This document shows positions 39,212-48,851 of a stretch of 64,000 bases of DNA, in pieces. The notes below the pieces were generated by a model. It worked only from the letters and a program-made list of their open reading frames with translations, searched no databases and was not told the DNA's origin. Position 1 is the stretch's first letter; the number at the start of each line of letters is the position of its first letter. Location: contig JAPPGU010000036.1 in assembly GCA_028821265.1 (NCBI GenBank), positions 78,681 through 142,680 on the forward strand, in the 5' to 3' direction. Source of the DNA: a bacterium (lineage in GTDB: Bacteria; Actinomycetota; Acidimicrobiia; Spongiisociales; Spongiisociaceae). The translations under genes and the position numbers were made by a program.

Positions 39212-40024
39212 CTAGCGGGTCGCGGGCTCGGTGGGCGGATCGCCGTGTCCGGCGAGCGCCGCCAGCATGACGCTAGGAGGCACCTCCACACCGGTCCAGA
39301 TGGCGAACGAAGCCGCCCCCTGGCCGACCAGCACCAACTCCCCCGACGCGACCGGCAGGTTCCGCGCCGCCAGCACAGCTTCGGCCGGGGTCGGCCCGCC
39401 CCCGTAGGCCAGTTCCACCAGACCCCCCGCCTCGTCCAGCACGCCGGCCGGGAGGGCCTCGCCACGCATGCCGAGCGGGGTGGCGTTGACCAGTACCGCA
39501 CCCGGCACCGGCTCCCCCCACGGAGCCACCCCGGCCGTGGCGCCCACTCGGGCTACCAGCTGATGGGCTGCTTCCGGACGCCGCGCCGCCACGAAGACCT
39601 CGTGATCGGCCAGAGCCAGGAGGGCCGCGGCGGCAGCGGAACCCGCGCCCAGCAGCAACACCGGAGCATCGGCCGGGAGTCGGGCGTGCCGCCAGGCGAA
39701 GCGCACCCCTTGGGGGTCGGTGGAGTCGGCATGAAGCCGGCCGTCCTCCATCCAGAGGGTATTAGCGCCGCCCGAGCGAACCACGGCTCCCGAGCGCCGG
39801 TCGGCCAACCCGGCTGCCAGAGCCTTATGGGGCATCGTCACGTTGGCGCCGGTCAAGCGCCCGGATCGGAGATCGTCCGCCGCCCGTCTCATGCCGCGGT
39901 GGTCAACCCGGCGCCTGCTGTACGTGCCCTCGAGTCCGGCGAACTCCAGCGCGGCGGCGTGGATGACCGGCGAGAGCGAATGGGCCACCGGGTCGCCGAG
40001 GACCGCCAGGCGGAGGTCGGCCAT
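39212..40024 (-). CDS. aroE: Shikimate dehydrogenase
   Basis: GDPVAHSLSPVIH, NVTMPHK, ANTL, GAGSAA, NATPLGM. Confidence 0.93.
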   Translation of the reverse strand: MADLRLAVLGDPVAHSLSPVIHAAALEFAGLEGTYSRRRVDHRGMRRAADDLRSGRLTGANVTMPHKALAAGLADRRSGAVVRSGGANTLWMEDGRLHADSTDPQGVRFAWRHARLPADAPVLLLGAGSAAAAALLALADHEVFVAARRPEAAHQLVARVGATAGVAPWGEPVPGAVLVNATPLGMRGEALPAGVLDEAGGLVELAYGGGPTPAEAVLAARNLPVASGELVLVGQGAASFAIWTGVEVPPSVMLAALAGHGDPPTEPATR

Positions 40025-40029
40025 CCAGA

Positions 40030-41157
40030 TCAGCCGATCCCCAGGGCGTCCGCCTGCTGCTTGGCCACCAGGAAGTCGTCGTAGTCGCTGAAGAAGGAGT
40101 GGGCGCCGTCGTCCGAGGTGAGAACGTAAAAGAGGTAGTCGGTGTCCGCCGGGTCGATGACCGCTTCGATGGACTTGGCGCCTGCCGCACCGATCGGCGT
40201 CGGCGGGAGACCGGCTATCAGGTAGGTGTTGTAAGGGGACTCGAACTGGAGGTCCTCGAGCGTCGGCGACCGGCCCCGGTCCGCCATGGCGTAGAGAACG
40301 GTGGCGTCGATCTGGAGCGGCATGCCCCGCTCCAGCCGGTTATTGATAACGCTGGCGATCAGCGGCCGGTCCTCATCCGTACCGGCCTCGGCCTCCACCA
40401 GAGAGGCCATCACCAGGCCTTCGTACACCGAGAGTCCTCGCCCGGTAACCGCGGACCAGTCGTACGTCTCCAGACGTCGCTCCAGCTCGGTAGCCAGCCT
40501 TTGCAGCATCTCGGCCGGTGTGGCGTTACCAAAGAACTCGTAGGTAGCCGGGAACAGGAGGCCCTCCCATACCGTCCTGTCGAGACCGACGGGCAGGTAG
40601 GCGGATGTCACGTCCCCGCTCAGGAGGGCCGCCGTGAAGTCCTCCTCCGAATAGTTGCGGGTGGCCTGGGCCAGCACGTCCAGGAGCTCGGCGAGCCGGA
40701 GTCCCTCAACCACCGTCACCCGGAACACATCGAGGGACGGCCCCGCTATGAGGAGGTCCACGATCTCGTCGAGGTCGGTCCCGGTAACCAACTCGTAGGT
40801 ACCGGCCTTGAGGAGGCTGCCTGCCTCACGCGTCCGGACCAACGACTCGAACTCGATGGCGGAGGGCACCACGCCGTTGCCCACGAGGATGCCGGCGATG
40901 CTACGGGCGCTGGACCCCGACGGGATCTCCACCACCACGGTGCGACCCGGCTCGACCTCGGCGGTCTGATCCCCTCCACCGAGCCCGCCCAGCCGGTTGA
41001 CCCAGTCGCCCAGGCCGGCGCCCCCCACCACCAGGGCGTAGGCGACGACGGCAGCTACGAGAAGGCCGGTGATGGCGCCTCGGGCTCGGATAAGCAATCG
41101 GTCCTCACCTCGGTTGTAACCCTCCGGTGGAACGTCCGGTCGCCGGTAGGCACTCAT
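40030..41157 (-). CDS. mltG: Endolytic transglycosylase MltG
   Basis: N-terminal TM, EGLLFPATY, ASLVEAE, LQIDATVLY, SPYNTY, GLPPTPI. Confidence 0.95.
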   Translation of the reverse strand: MSAYRRPDVPPEGYNRGEDRLLIRARGAITGLLVAAVVAYALVVGGAGLGDWVNRLGGLGGGDQTAEVEPGRTVVVEIPSGSSARSIAGILVGNGVVPSAIEFESLVRTREAGSLLKAGTYELVTGTDLDEIVDLLIAGPSLDVFRVTVVEGLRLAELLDVLAQATRNYSEEDFTAALLSGDVTSAYLPVGLDRTVWEGLLFPATYEFFGNATPAEMLQRLATELERRLETYDWSAVTGRGLSVYEGLVMASLVEAEAGTDEDRPLIASVINNRLERGMPLQIDATVLYAMADRGRSPTLEDLQFESPYNTYLIAGLPPTPIGAAGAKSIEAVIDPADTDYLFYVLTSDDGAHSFFSDYDDFLVAKQQADALGIG

Positions 41158-41597
41158 TCGACCCTCGCGCGGGCTTGGCTATCGAGATAACCCTGGAGCA
41201 TCACCGCGGCCGCCACCTTGTCGATCCGTCGGCGGCGCTTAGCACGGGAGGTCCCGGCCGCCACCAGGACGCCTTCCGCGATCCGGGTGGTGAGCCGCTC
41301 GTCATACAGGACCACGTCCACCCCCACGAGGGGCCGGAGCCGATTGACGAACCGGCGGGTCCTGCGGGCGGCCGCCTGTTCGGTGCCATCGAGCGAGACC
41401 GGCAGCCCCACCACCACCTTGTCCACATCCTCCGAACCGACCAGGTCGGCCAACCGGCGTCCGAGCCCGGGGCCCGCCTCGAACACTCCGAAGGGATGGG
41501 CCGCGATACCGAGACGGTCGGAAAGCGCAACGCCCACGCGCCGGCTTCCGTAGTCGATGCCCATGATGCGGCTGGCTCCTCCCGGTCCGGCGCTCAT
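41154..41597 (-). CDS. ruvX: Holliday junction resolvase-like protein RuvX/YqgF
   Basis: GIDYGSRRVGVALSD, VVGLP, DERLTT, IDKVAAAVMLQ. Confidence 0.95.
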   Translation of the reverse strand: MSAGPGGASRIMGIDYGSRRVGVALSDRLGIAAHPFGVFEAGPGLGRRLADLVGSEDVDKVVVGLPVSLDGTEQAAARRTRRFVNRLRPLVGVDVVLYDERLTTRIAEGVLVAAGTSRAKRRRRIDKVAAAVMLQGYLDSQARARVE

Positions 41598-44218
41598 CAG
41601 GCACTCAGACGGCGCGCCACCGCCTCCCGGATCGCGTCCAGAGCCTCGCCTACCTTGTCGCCCCTGGGTCCGCCCGCCTGTGACAACTCGGGATCGCGAC
41701 TGCCGCCTCCTCCGAGGAGCTTGGCGCCCACCAGCACCAGATCGGCCACCGAGACACCCCTGTCGACCAGGTCACGGGTCGCCAGGCCGACCAGCGCCCC
41801 CTTTCCGCCCGCCCGGCTCCCCAGCACCACGACGCCGGACCCGAGCCGGTCCCGGACCTGCGCCCCCACCTGGCGCAACGCCACCGGGGCGTGATCGTCG
41901 AGTTCGGCCACCAGCCACGAGGTATCGCCGGTACGCCGGGCGGCACCGGCCAGGTCGGCGGCGATCGCAGTCCTCTCCTGCCGGCGGCGCTGGTCCAATT
42001 CGCTCTGGATGGCGTCGGCCCGCTCGGCGAGCCGGCGCACTCCCGCCGGGACCTCCGACATCGACAGGCCAAGGAAGCGACCTACGTCGGTCAGTTGCTC
42101 CCTCGCTTCCCTGGCATAGGAATAGGCGGCCATACCGGTCAGAGCCTCCACCCGGCGCACGTTCGATCCGATAGAGGATTCGGAGGTGACCAGCAGCGGT
42201 CCTACCTCCGCGGAACTGCCCACATGGGTGCCACCGCAGAACTCGACCGAGAAGTCCCCCACCGAGACCACCCGCACCCGCTCACCGTACTTGTCACCGA
42301 AGAAGGCCAGCGCCCCCATCGCCTCGGCCTCGTCCTTGGACGTCTCGAGCAGGCCCACATGATGGTTGTCCACGACCCGCTGGTTGACCAACTGCTCCAC
42401 CTCGCCGAGCTCTTCGGCGGCCACCGCCGTGTAGTGGCTGAAGTCGAAGCGGAGCCGCCCGTCCTGGACCAGGGAACCGGCCTGGTTGGCGTGCTCCCCT
42501 ATCACCTCCCGGAGCGCCCAATGGAGGAGGTGAGTACCGGTGTGGGACTTGCGGATGCGGTCGCGCCGGGGGCTGTCGACACGGGCATCCACTTCCTGGC
42601 CGGTCTGGACGAACCCGCTCTTCACCTTGCCGTGGTGGCCGTGCAAGCCGGTCACGGCCGCTTGCGTGTCGCCTACCTCGATCTGTCCGGTCACCGACGC
42701 GATCAACCCGACATCACCCACCTGCCCACCGGCCTCGGCGTAGAACGGTGACCTGTTCAGGAAGACCTCCACCTCCTGACCCTTCTCGGCCCTCTCCACC
42801 AACTCCCCCTCCCGGAGTATGGCCAGGACCAGGGCGGGCGAGTCGTCCCTGACGTAACCCAGGAACTCGGTGGGGCCTACGGTGTCGAGGATTCGCTTGT
42901 AGGAGTCCACGCGGACCGCCTCGGCTCCCCCCTTCCAAGCGGCCTTGGCGCGGGCCCTCTGGGCGGCCATCTCGGCCTCGAACCCGTCCAGGTCCACCTC
43001 GCGCCGCTGCTCCTCCACGATCTCCCGGGTGAGGTCGATCGGGAAGCCGTACGTGTCATGCAGCTTGAAGGCCAGGGCGCCCGACACAACGGCACCCGGC
43101 TCCGAACCCACCAGTGCCTCGTCCAGCATCTGGGTCCCGGCGGCGAGGGTGCGCCGGAATCGGGACTCCTCACGCTCGAAGACGTGCCGGATGAAGTCGA
43201 GGTTGGCCTTGAGTTCCGGGTAGGCATCCTCCATGATGTCGGCGGTCACCTCGGCCAGCCGGGGCATGATGAGGCTCTCGCTACCCAGTTGCCAGGCGTG
43301 GCGCACCGCTCGACGGATCAGGCGCCTCACCACGTAACCCCGGCCTTCGTTTCCGGGCAGGGCGAGGTCGCCGATGAGGAACGTGGAGGCGCGGGCGTGG
43401 TCGGCCAGCAGGCGAAGCGCCACGTCGACCCGTTCGTCCTCGCCATAGGTCCGGCCCAGGGCCCCGGAGGCGGCCGCCAGCACGTCATGGACGCAGTCGG
43501 CCTCGAAAAGAGTGTCGACTCCCTGGAGGATCATGGCCAGACGCTCCAGCCCGGTGCCAGTATCAATCCCCTTGGCAGGGATGTCGCCGACAACGTGATA
43601 GGGCTCATCCTGGATGTTCTGCATGAAGACCAGGTTCCAGAGCTCCACGAACCGGTCCTCGCCACCACCGATCGGGCCCCCGTCAGGCCCGTAGGCAGGG
43701 CCCCGGTCGATGAAGATCTCCGAGCACGGACCGCACGGACCGGGAATGCCCATCTGCCAGAAGTTGTCCTTACCGCCCCGCTGCACCCGATCAGGTGGAA
43801 CCCCGATCGAGTCGATCCAGATCTCCTCGGCCTCGTCGTCGGTCTCGTACACCGTGTACCAGAGACGTTCGGGATCCAGGCCGAGCGGTCCGGTGACGAA
43901 ATCGAAGGCGTAGCGGATGGCCAGTTCCTTGAAGTAGTCACCGAAGGAGAAGTTGCCGAGCATCTCGAACATGGTGAGATGGCGGGCAGTGGTGCCGATG
44001 ATGTCGATGTCGACCGTTCGCACGCACTTCTGGATGCTGACCGCCCGGGGCCAGGGCGGCTCCTCCTCCCCGAGGAAATAGGGCTTGAACGGGACCATGC
44101 CGGCGTTGGTCACGAGCAGCGTCGGGTCGGTGGGGATCAGCGACGCGGACGGCCGAACTACGTGATTGCGTTCGGCAAAGAAGTCGGTGAAGGCGCGCCG
44201 GATGGCATTGGCTCGCAT
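41597..44218 (-). CDS. alaS: Alanine-tRNA ligase
   Basis: NAGMVPFKPYF, GPCGPCSEI, WNLVFMQ, HTGTHLLH, FCGGTHV, GGGG C-terminal DHHA1 domain. Confidence 0.98.
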   Translation of the reverse strand: MRANAIRRAFTDFFAERNHVVRPSASLIPTDPTLLVTNAGMVPFKPYFLGEEEPPWPRAVSIQKCVRTVDIDIIGTTARHLTMFEMLGNFSFGDYFKELAIRYAFDFVTGPLGLDPERLWYTVYETDDEAEEIWIDSIGVPPDRVQRGGKDNFWQMGIPGPCGPCSEIFIDRGPAYGPDGGPIGGGEDRFVELWNLVFMQNIQDEPYHVVGDIPAKGIDTGTGLERLAMILQGVDTLFEADCVHDVLAAASGALGRTYGEDERVDVALRLLADHARASTFLIGDLALPGNEGRGYVVRRLIRRAVRHAWQLGSESLIMPRLAEVTADIMEDAYPELKANLDFIRHVFEREESRFRRTLAAGTQMLDEALVGSEPGAVVSGALAFKLHDTYGFPIDLTREIVEEQRREVDLDGFEAEMAAQRARAKAAWKGGAEAVRVDSYKRILDTVGPTEFLGYVRDDSPALVLAILREGELVERAEKGQEVEVFLNRSPFYAEAGGQVGDVGLIASVTGQIEVGDTQAAVTGLHGHHGKVKSGFVQTGQEVDARVDSPRRDRIRKSHTGTHLLHWALREVIGEHANQAGSLVQDGRLRFDFSHYTAVAAEELGEVEQLVNQRVVDNHHVGLLETSKDEAEAMGALAFFGDKYGERVRVVSVGDFSVEFCGGTHVGSSAEVGPLLVTSESSIGSNVRRVEALTGMAAYSYAREAREQLTDVGRFLGLSMSEVPAGVRRLAERADAIQSELDQRRRQERTAIAADLAGAARRTGDTSWLVAELDDHAPVALRQVGAQVRDRLGSGVVVLGSRAGGKGALVGLATRDLVDRGVSVADLVLVGAKLLGGGGSRDPELSQAGGPRGDKVGEALDAIREAVARRLSA

Positions 44219-44225
44219 CCGTTGC

Positions 44226-44231
44226 AGGTTA
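44226..44231 (-). promoter_or_regulatory. -10 box (TAACCT) of probable leaderless alaS promoter
   Basis: TAnnnT 7 nt upstream of ATG 44218. Confidence 0.55.
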
Positions 44232-44323
44232 GCCCTGAGCGGCAGGTTGCCGGTGACCCCGGATCAGGAGCGCGAATTCACTCATCCACGGTGCGAACCC
44301 GAGCCACGACCGTCCTATCGGTG

Positions 44324-45682
44324 CTAATCGCCTGCCCTGGTAGGACGGCCCAGTACCCGGTCCCATTCCTCGAGCCGGTCGGCAACGCCCGCCTCCCTGC
44401 CCTGGCGGGTGGGTCGATAGAGGATCCTCCCCTCCATCTGCTCCGGAAGGTGAGGCTGCTGAACGAGATGTCCCGGTCCCGTGTGGGGATCAACATATCC
44501 CGCCGGCGTGCCGTCTACCTGCGACGACACCAGCCGCCCGCCGGTGGAGCGGAGATGGGCGGGAACGGTGGCGGCGGGTGTCTCCTCGACCGCCCGGCGG
44601 GTCGCGCCCATCGATCTCTTCACCGAGTCGGACTTGGGAGCGGTGGCCAGGTAGATCGCGGCCTGCGACAGGTTGTAGGCCGCCTCGGGCAGGCCGACCA
44701 TCGCCAGGGCCTGAGCGGCGGCCACCGCCTGGACCAGAGCGTCCGGGTCGGCCATGCCCACGTCCTCGGAGGCGAAGATGACCATCCGTCGTGCCACGAA
44801 CTCCGGATCCTCGCCTGCCGACAGCATGGTGTGGAGCCAGTAGAGGGCGGCGTCGGGGTCGGAGCCCCGCATCGACTTTATGAAGGCCGAGATGACGTCG
44901 TAGTGCTGGTCGCCCTTCTTGTCGTAGCGGATGATGCGGCGCTGGAGGGCCTCCTCCACATCCCGGTAGGTGATGGTGGTCCGTCCGCCGCCGCCGGCCA
45001 CGATGGCGGCCAGTTCCAAGACGTTGAGCGATAGCCGGGCGTCCCCTCCCGCCCGACGGGCCAGGGCCTCGGCGGCCGACGGGTCGATCGCCATCGCTGC
45101 GGAACCCAGCCCCCTCTCGCGGTCGGTCAGGGCCCGCTCGAGAAGCTCGACCACTTCGGCAGCGGACAGCGGAACCAGACGGAGCAGGGTGCATCGGCTG
45201 ATCAGGGGGGAGTTGACCTCGAAGAACGGGTTCTCGGTGGTAGCGCCGACCAGTATGACGGTGCCGTTCTCGACCCCGGGCAGCAGGGCGTCCTGCTGGG
45301 CCTTGTTGAAGCGATGGATCTCGTCCAGGAAGAGCACCGTTCGAGTCCCTTGCTCCCCGAGCCGGCGCTCCGCTCCCTCCAGGACCCGGCGGACGTCACG
45401 CACCCCGTGAGCGGACGCGGTCAGCTGCTCGAATACCGCGTCGCTCTCGGAGGCCATGAGCCGGGCCAGGGTCGTCTTACCGGTACCCGGCGGTCCGAAC
45501 AGCAGGACCGACACCAGGCGGCCGGATTCGACCATGGCGCGGAATGCGGCGCCCTTCCCGAGAAGATCGGGCTGGCCCACCACCTCTTGCAAGGACCGGG
45601 GACGCATGCGGTCGGCCAGCGGGGCCACCCGGCGCCGGCGTCTCTCCCGGCCGGCGGAGAACAGGTCGGGTTCGGACGGCAT
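44324..45682 (-). CDS. rarA: Replication-associated recombination protein A (MgsA/RarA)
   Basis: PLADRMRP, GPPGTGKTT, DEIHRFNKAQQD, ATTENP, ISAFIKSMRGSD. Confidence 0.96.
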   Translation of the reverse strand: MPSEPDLFSAGRERRRRRVAPLADRMRPRSLQEVVGQPDLLGKGAAFRAMVESGRLVSVLLFGPPGTGKTTLARLMASESDAVFEQLTASAHGVRDVRRVLEGAERRLGEQGTRTVLFLDEIHRFNKAQQDALLPGVENGTVILVGATTENPFFEVNSPLISRCTLLRLVPLSAAEVVELLERALTDRERGLGSAAMAIDPSAAEALARRAGGDARLSLNVLELAAIVAGGGGRTTITYRDVEEALQRRIIRYDKKGDQHYDVISAFIKSMRGSDPDAALYWLHTMLSAGEDPEFVARRMVIFASEDVGMADPDALVQAVAAAQALAMVGLPEAAYNLSQAAIYLATAPKSDSVKRSMGATRRAVEETPAATVPAHLRSTGGRLVSSQVDGTPAGYVDPHTGPGHLVQQPHLPEQMEGRILYRPTRQGREAGVADRLEEWDRVLGRPTRAGD

Positions 45683-45694
45683 CCCGGTTACCGG

Positions 45695-47494
45695 TCAGGA
45701 TCCGGCGGGCTCGGAAGGCCCCGTCGGGGGTTGGTCCGTGGCGGCCAGGGCCGCCTTGGCGGTGGCCGTGAGGTCCAGGCCGAGTTCCTCCAGGTGGTCA
45801 TCGACCACCCGGGTCGGAGCGGTGGTGAGCGGATCGGCGCCGCTCTGGGTCTTGGGGAACGGGATCACCTCCCTGATACTGGCCTCGTTCTGGAGGATGG
45901 CTACCAGGCGATCGATCCCCACCGCGAAACCGGCATGGGGTGGTGTCCCGTAGGCAAGGGCCTCCAGGAACCAGCCGAAACGGGACTCGGCCTCCTCATC
46001 GGAGATACCAAGGGTCTCGAACACGGCCCTCTGCGTATCGGGGTCATGGATCCGCACGGAGCCGGAGCCCAGCTCGGACCCGTTGAGCACGAGATCGTAA
46101 GCCTGGGCCACCGCCGTCTCCGGCCGCTCGCGCATCTCCTCCACCGAGACCGGGGCGGTGAAGGGATGGTGGGAGGGGACCAGGTCACCACCCTCGGTCG
46201 TCTCGAAGACCGGGAAGTCCACTATCCAGACGAAACGCAGTTCCTCGTGGCTACCGGGCCGGCCCAGTTCCAGACGGATCGCGCCCAGCACCGAGGAGGC
46301 CATGGCAGCCCCGCCGGCCACCAGCAGCAACAAGTCGCCCGGCGATGCGTCCAGTATCCGGGTCGCCTCCGCCATCTCGGCGCTGTCCAGGAACTTGGCC
46401 ACGGGCGACCGCCAACCGCCGTCTTCGTTGACCACGGCCCAGACCAGGCCGGCTGCGCCCAATTCCCTGGCCCGGCCCACCAGACCGTCCAGTTCCGCCC
46501 GGGAGGGACTCATCGGCCCTGCGTTGATGCCCCGGACCACTCCCCCCGCGTCGAGAGCGCCGCCGAAGCCGCGGAAGCCGGTGCCCGAGAACGCATCCGA
46601 CAGCTCGGTCACGTCCATGCCGAACCGCAGATCGGGCTTGTCGGTGCCGTAGCGGGCCAGCGCCTCGTCGTAGGTGATCCTGGGTAGGGGTAGGGGGAGT
46701 TCGATGCCGCGCAGGTCTCGCACCACGGCCGCCACCACCCGCTCGATGGCGGCGAAGACGTCCTCGCGTTCCCAGAACGATCCCTCCAGATCCAACTGGG
46801 TGAACTCGATCTGGCGGTCGGCCCGCGTGTCCTCGTCGCGGTAGCAACGGGCGATCTGGTAGTAACGCTCGACGCCCGCCACCATGAGCAACTGCTTGAA
46901 GAGTTGGGGGCTTTGGGGCAGGGCATAGAACCGGCCGGGCCGCAGCCGGCTCGGCACCAGGAAGTCCCGGGCTCCCTCGGGCGTCGAGTTGACGAGCGTG
47001 GGAGTCTCCACATCCAGGAAGCCCAGGTGGTCAAGGGTACGCCGGATGGCGCTGATGCACCTGGAACGGGCTCGCAGATTGGCGGCCATGCGGGGGCGGC
47101 GCAGATCGAGATAGCGATACTCGAGCCGGATCCGCTCCTCGGAGTGGGAACGGTCGTCGATCATGAAGGGGAGCGGGGCCGCCCGGCTCAACACCTCGAG
47201 CACCCCGGCTTCCACCTCGAAGTCCCCGGTGGGAAGGTCGGGGTTCTCGGTCCCCGCCGGCCGCCGGCGGAGCGTGCCCTCGACCCGGACGCAGTACTCC
47301 ATGCGGAGGTCCGATGCCGATGGGACCACCGCCGGGTCGACCACCACCTGCACTATCCCCCGCCCGTCCCTTAGGTCGAAGAACGAGATGCCACCCAGGT
47401 CCCTGACCCGAGCCACCCAGCCGGCCACCTTCACATGCTGATCCAGCTGATCCGGTCCGAGCTCGTCGGCGAAGTGGGAGCGGTAAGCAGTCAT
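45695..47494 (-). CDS. aspS: Aspartate-tRNA ligase
   Basis: RLEYRYLDLRR, STPEGARDF, LPQSPQLFKQLLM, GSVRIHD, YGTPPHAG; ATG 47494 overlaps hisS stop. Confidence 0.97.
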   Translation of the reverse strand: MTAYRSHFADELGPDQLDQHVKVAGWVARVRDLGGISFFDLRDGRGIVQVVVDPAVVPSASDLRMEYCVRVEGTLRRRPAGTENPDLPTGDFEVEAGVLEVLSRAAPLPFMIDDRSHSEERIRLEYRYLDLRRPRMAANLRARSRCISAIRRTLDHLGFLDVETPTLVNSTPEGARDFLVPSRLRPGRFYALPQSPQLFKQLLMVAGVERYYQIARCYRDEDTRADRQIEFTQLDLEGSFWEREDVFAAIERVVAAVVRDLRGIELPLPLPRITYDEALARYGTDKPDLRFGMDVTELSDAFSGTGFRGFGGALDAGGVVRGINAGPMSPSRAELDGLVGRARELGAAGLVWAVVNEDGGWRSPVAKFLDSAEMAEATRILDASPGDLLLLVAGGAAMASSVLGAIRLELGRPGSHEELRFVWIVDFPVFETTEGGDLVPSHHPFTAPVSVEEMRERPETAVAQAYDLVLNGSELGSGSVRIHDPDTQRAVFETLGISDEEAESRFGWFLEALAYGTPPHAGFAVGIDRLVAILQNEASIREVIPFPKTQSGADPLTTAPTRVVDDHLEELGLDLTATAKAALAATDQPPTGPSEPAGS

Positions 47495-48738
47495 CAGCGC
47501 CCTCCCTCCGGACCGCCGATCACCCACGCCGCCACCTCGCCGGCGGGAATGGTGCGCTCATCGCCCGAGCTGAGATCCTTGGCCGTCACCATCCCCCGGT
47601 CCCACTCGGCGCCGATCACCACCGCCAACGCCGCGTCACGTCGATTGGCCGCCCGGAACTGGGCCTTGACGGATCGGCGGCCCGCCACCAGGTCACACCG
47701 GACCCCCGCTGCCCTGAGGCGACGGGCGAAGGCATGGGCGAGGCTGCGGCGCTCCTGGTCGGCCACCACCAGGAACACGTCCAGCGCCCGCGCCGGAGGG
47801 CTCTGCCCGGCCGCCGACAGTATCCGGTCGAGCCCCAGCGCCAGACCGACGCCCGGTAGGTCCCCGCCGCCGAGCAGCCGGGACAACCCGTCGTAACGGC
47901 CGCCGCCGCCCACCGCATTGTGGGCCGCGGCATAGCTGGGCGGGATGTACTCGAACACGGTGCGGTTGTAGTAGTCCAGCCCCCGCACCAGCCGGGGGGC
48001 GTGCCGGTGTGCTATTCCGCGTTCCTGGAGACCGGCGATGAGCTGGTCGTGGTGGGCGGCGGTCTCCCCCTCCAGATAGTCGAGGGGAACGGGAGCGTCA
48101 GCCACCACTTCCCGGTCGGCTTTGGAGTCGAGCACCCGCAACGGGTTGGTATGGATCCTCCGGACAGCATCCTTGGAGAGCAGGTGGCTTCGCTCGTCAA
48201 GCCAGCCCGACAGCAGGGCATGGTAGGCCACCCGATCCGGGGCGTCCCCGATGGAGTTCACGTGCACGACCACGTCGCCGAGGCCGCAATCCAGCAGGTA
48301 GCGATAGCCGAGTTCGATCACCTCCAGGTCGGCCTCGGCGTCAGGGGCGCCCAGGTACTCGACCCCCAATTGCCAGAACTGCCGGCGACGGCCCTCCTGC
48401 GGGCGTTCATACCGGAAGCACGGCCCCGAGTAGGCGCCCTTGAACTCGCCCGACAGGCCCCCCTGGATGTAGGCCCTCAGAACACTGGCGGTGACCTCGG
48501 GACGGAGAGTGAGATGCCGCCCTCCCTTGTCCCGGAAGCTGTACATCTGCTTCTCGACCACCTCGGTAGCCTCGCCCACCCCCCGTGCGAACAGGTCGGT
48601 GGCCTCGAATATGGGGGTGGCGACGTAGGCATACCCGTACTGTTCGGCCAGCAAGTCCCAGGAACGGAGCAGCTCGCGCCAGCGCCGGGACTCCGGGGGC
48701 AATACGTCGTCGGTGCCCTTGGGCGCCCGGAAGCTCAT
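47494..48738 (-). CDS. hisS: Histidine-tRNA ligase
   Basis: PKGTDD, LRPEVTAS, FRYERPQEGRRRQF, LVRGLDYY, GGGRYDGL; start ATG 48738. Confidence 0.97.
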   Translation of the reverse strand: MSFRAPKGTDDVLPPESRRWRELLRSWDLLAEQYGYAYVATPIFEATDLFARGVGEATEVVEKQMYSFRDKGGRHLTLRPEVTASVLRAYIQGGLSGEFKGAYSGPCFRYERPQEGRRRQFWQLGVEYLGAPDAEADLEVIELGYRYLLDCGLGDVVVHVNSIGDAPDRVAYHALLSGWLDERSHLLSKDAVRRIHTNPLRVLDSKADREVVADAPVPLDYLEGETAAHHDQLIAGLQERGIAHRHAPRLVRGLDYYNRTVFEYIPPSYAAAHNAVGGGGRYDGLSRLLGGGDLPGVGLALGLDRILSAAGQSPPARALDVFLVVADQERRSLAHAFARRLRAAGVRCDLVAGRRSVKAQFRAANRRDAALAVVIGAEWDRGMVTAKDLSSGDERTIPAGEVAAWVIGGPEGGR

Positions 48739-48748
48739 GCACACACCC

Positions 48749-48851
48749 GGGAGGGTGCTGAAGAAGACGGGGATCTTGGTTGGCCGCACATCTTGACCAG
48801 GGGTTTCATTCTAGGCCTCCAGGCCAACTGGACATTTTTCAGTACCCTCCC
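48749..48851 (-). mobile_element. MITE-like inverted-repeat element, family A copy 3 (~103 bp)
   Basis: Minus strand GGGAGGGTACTGAAAAATGTCCAGTTGGCC ... GGCCAAC...TTCTTCAGCACCCTCCC. Confidence 0.8.

Noticed and set aside
43058-45034. Long antisense ORFs (658 aa here; also 45314-46687, 50392-51723, 58102-59727)
   Set aside because: Mirror frames of well-supported genes, expected from GC-rich codon usage; no recognisable motifs.
23781-48851. CRISPR interpretation of family A (conserved ends with ~35 nt variable centre)
   Set aside because: Copies are dispersed and inverted-repeat bounded, centres are partly alignable, and no cas genes or tandem array are present.
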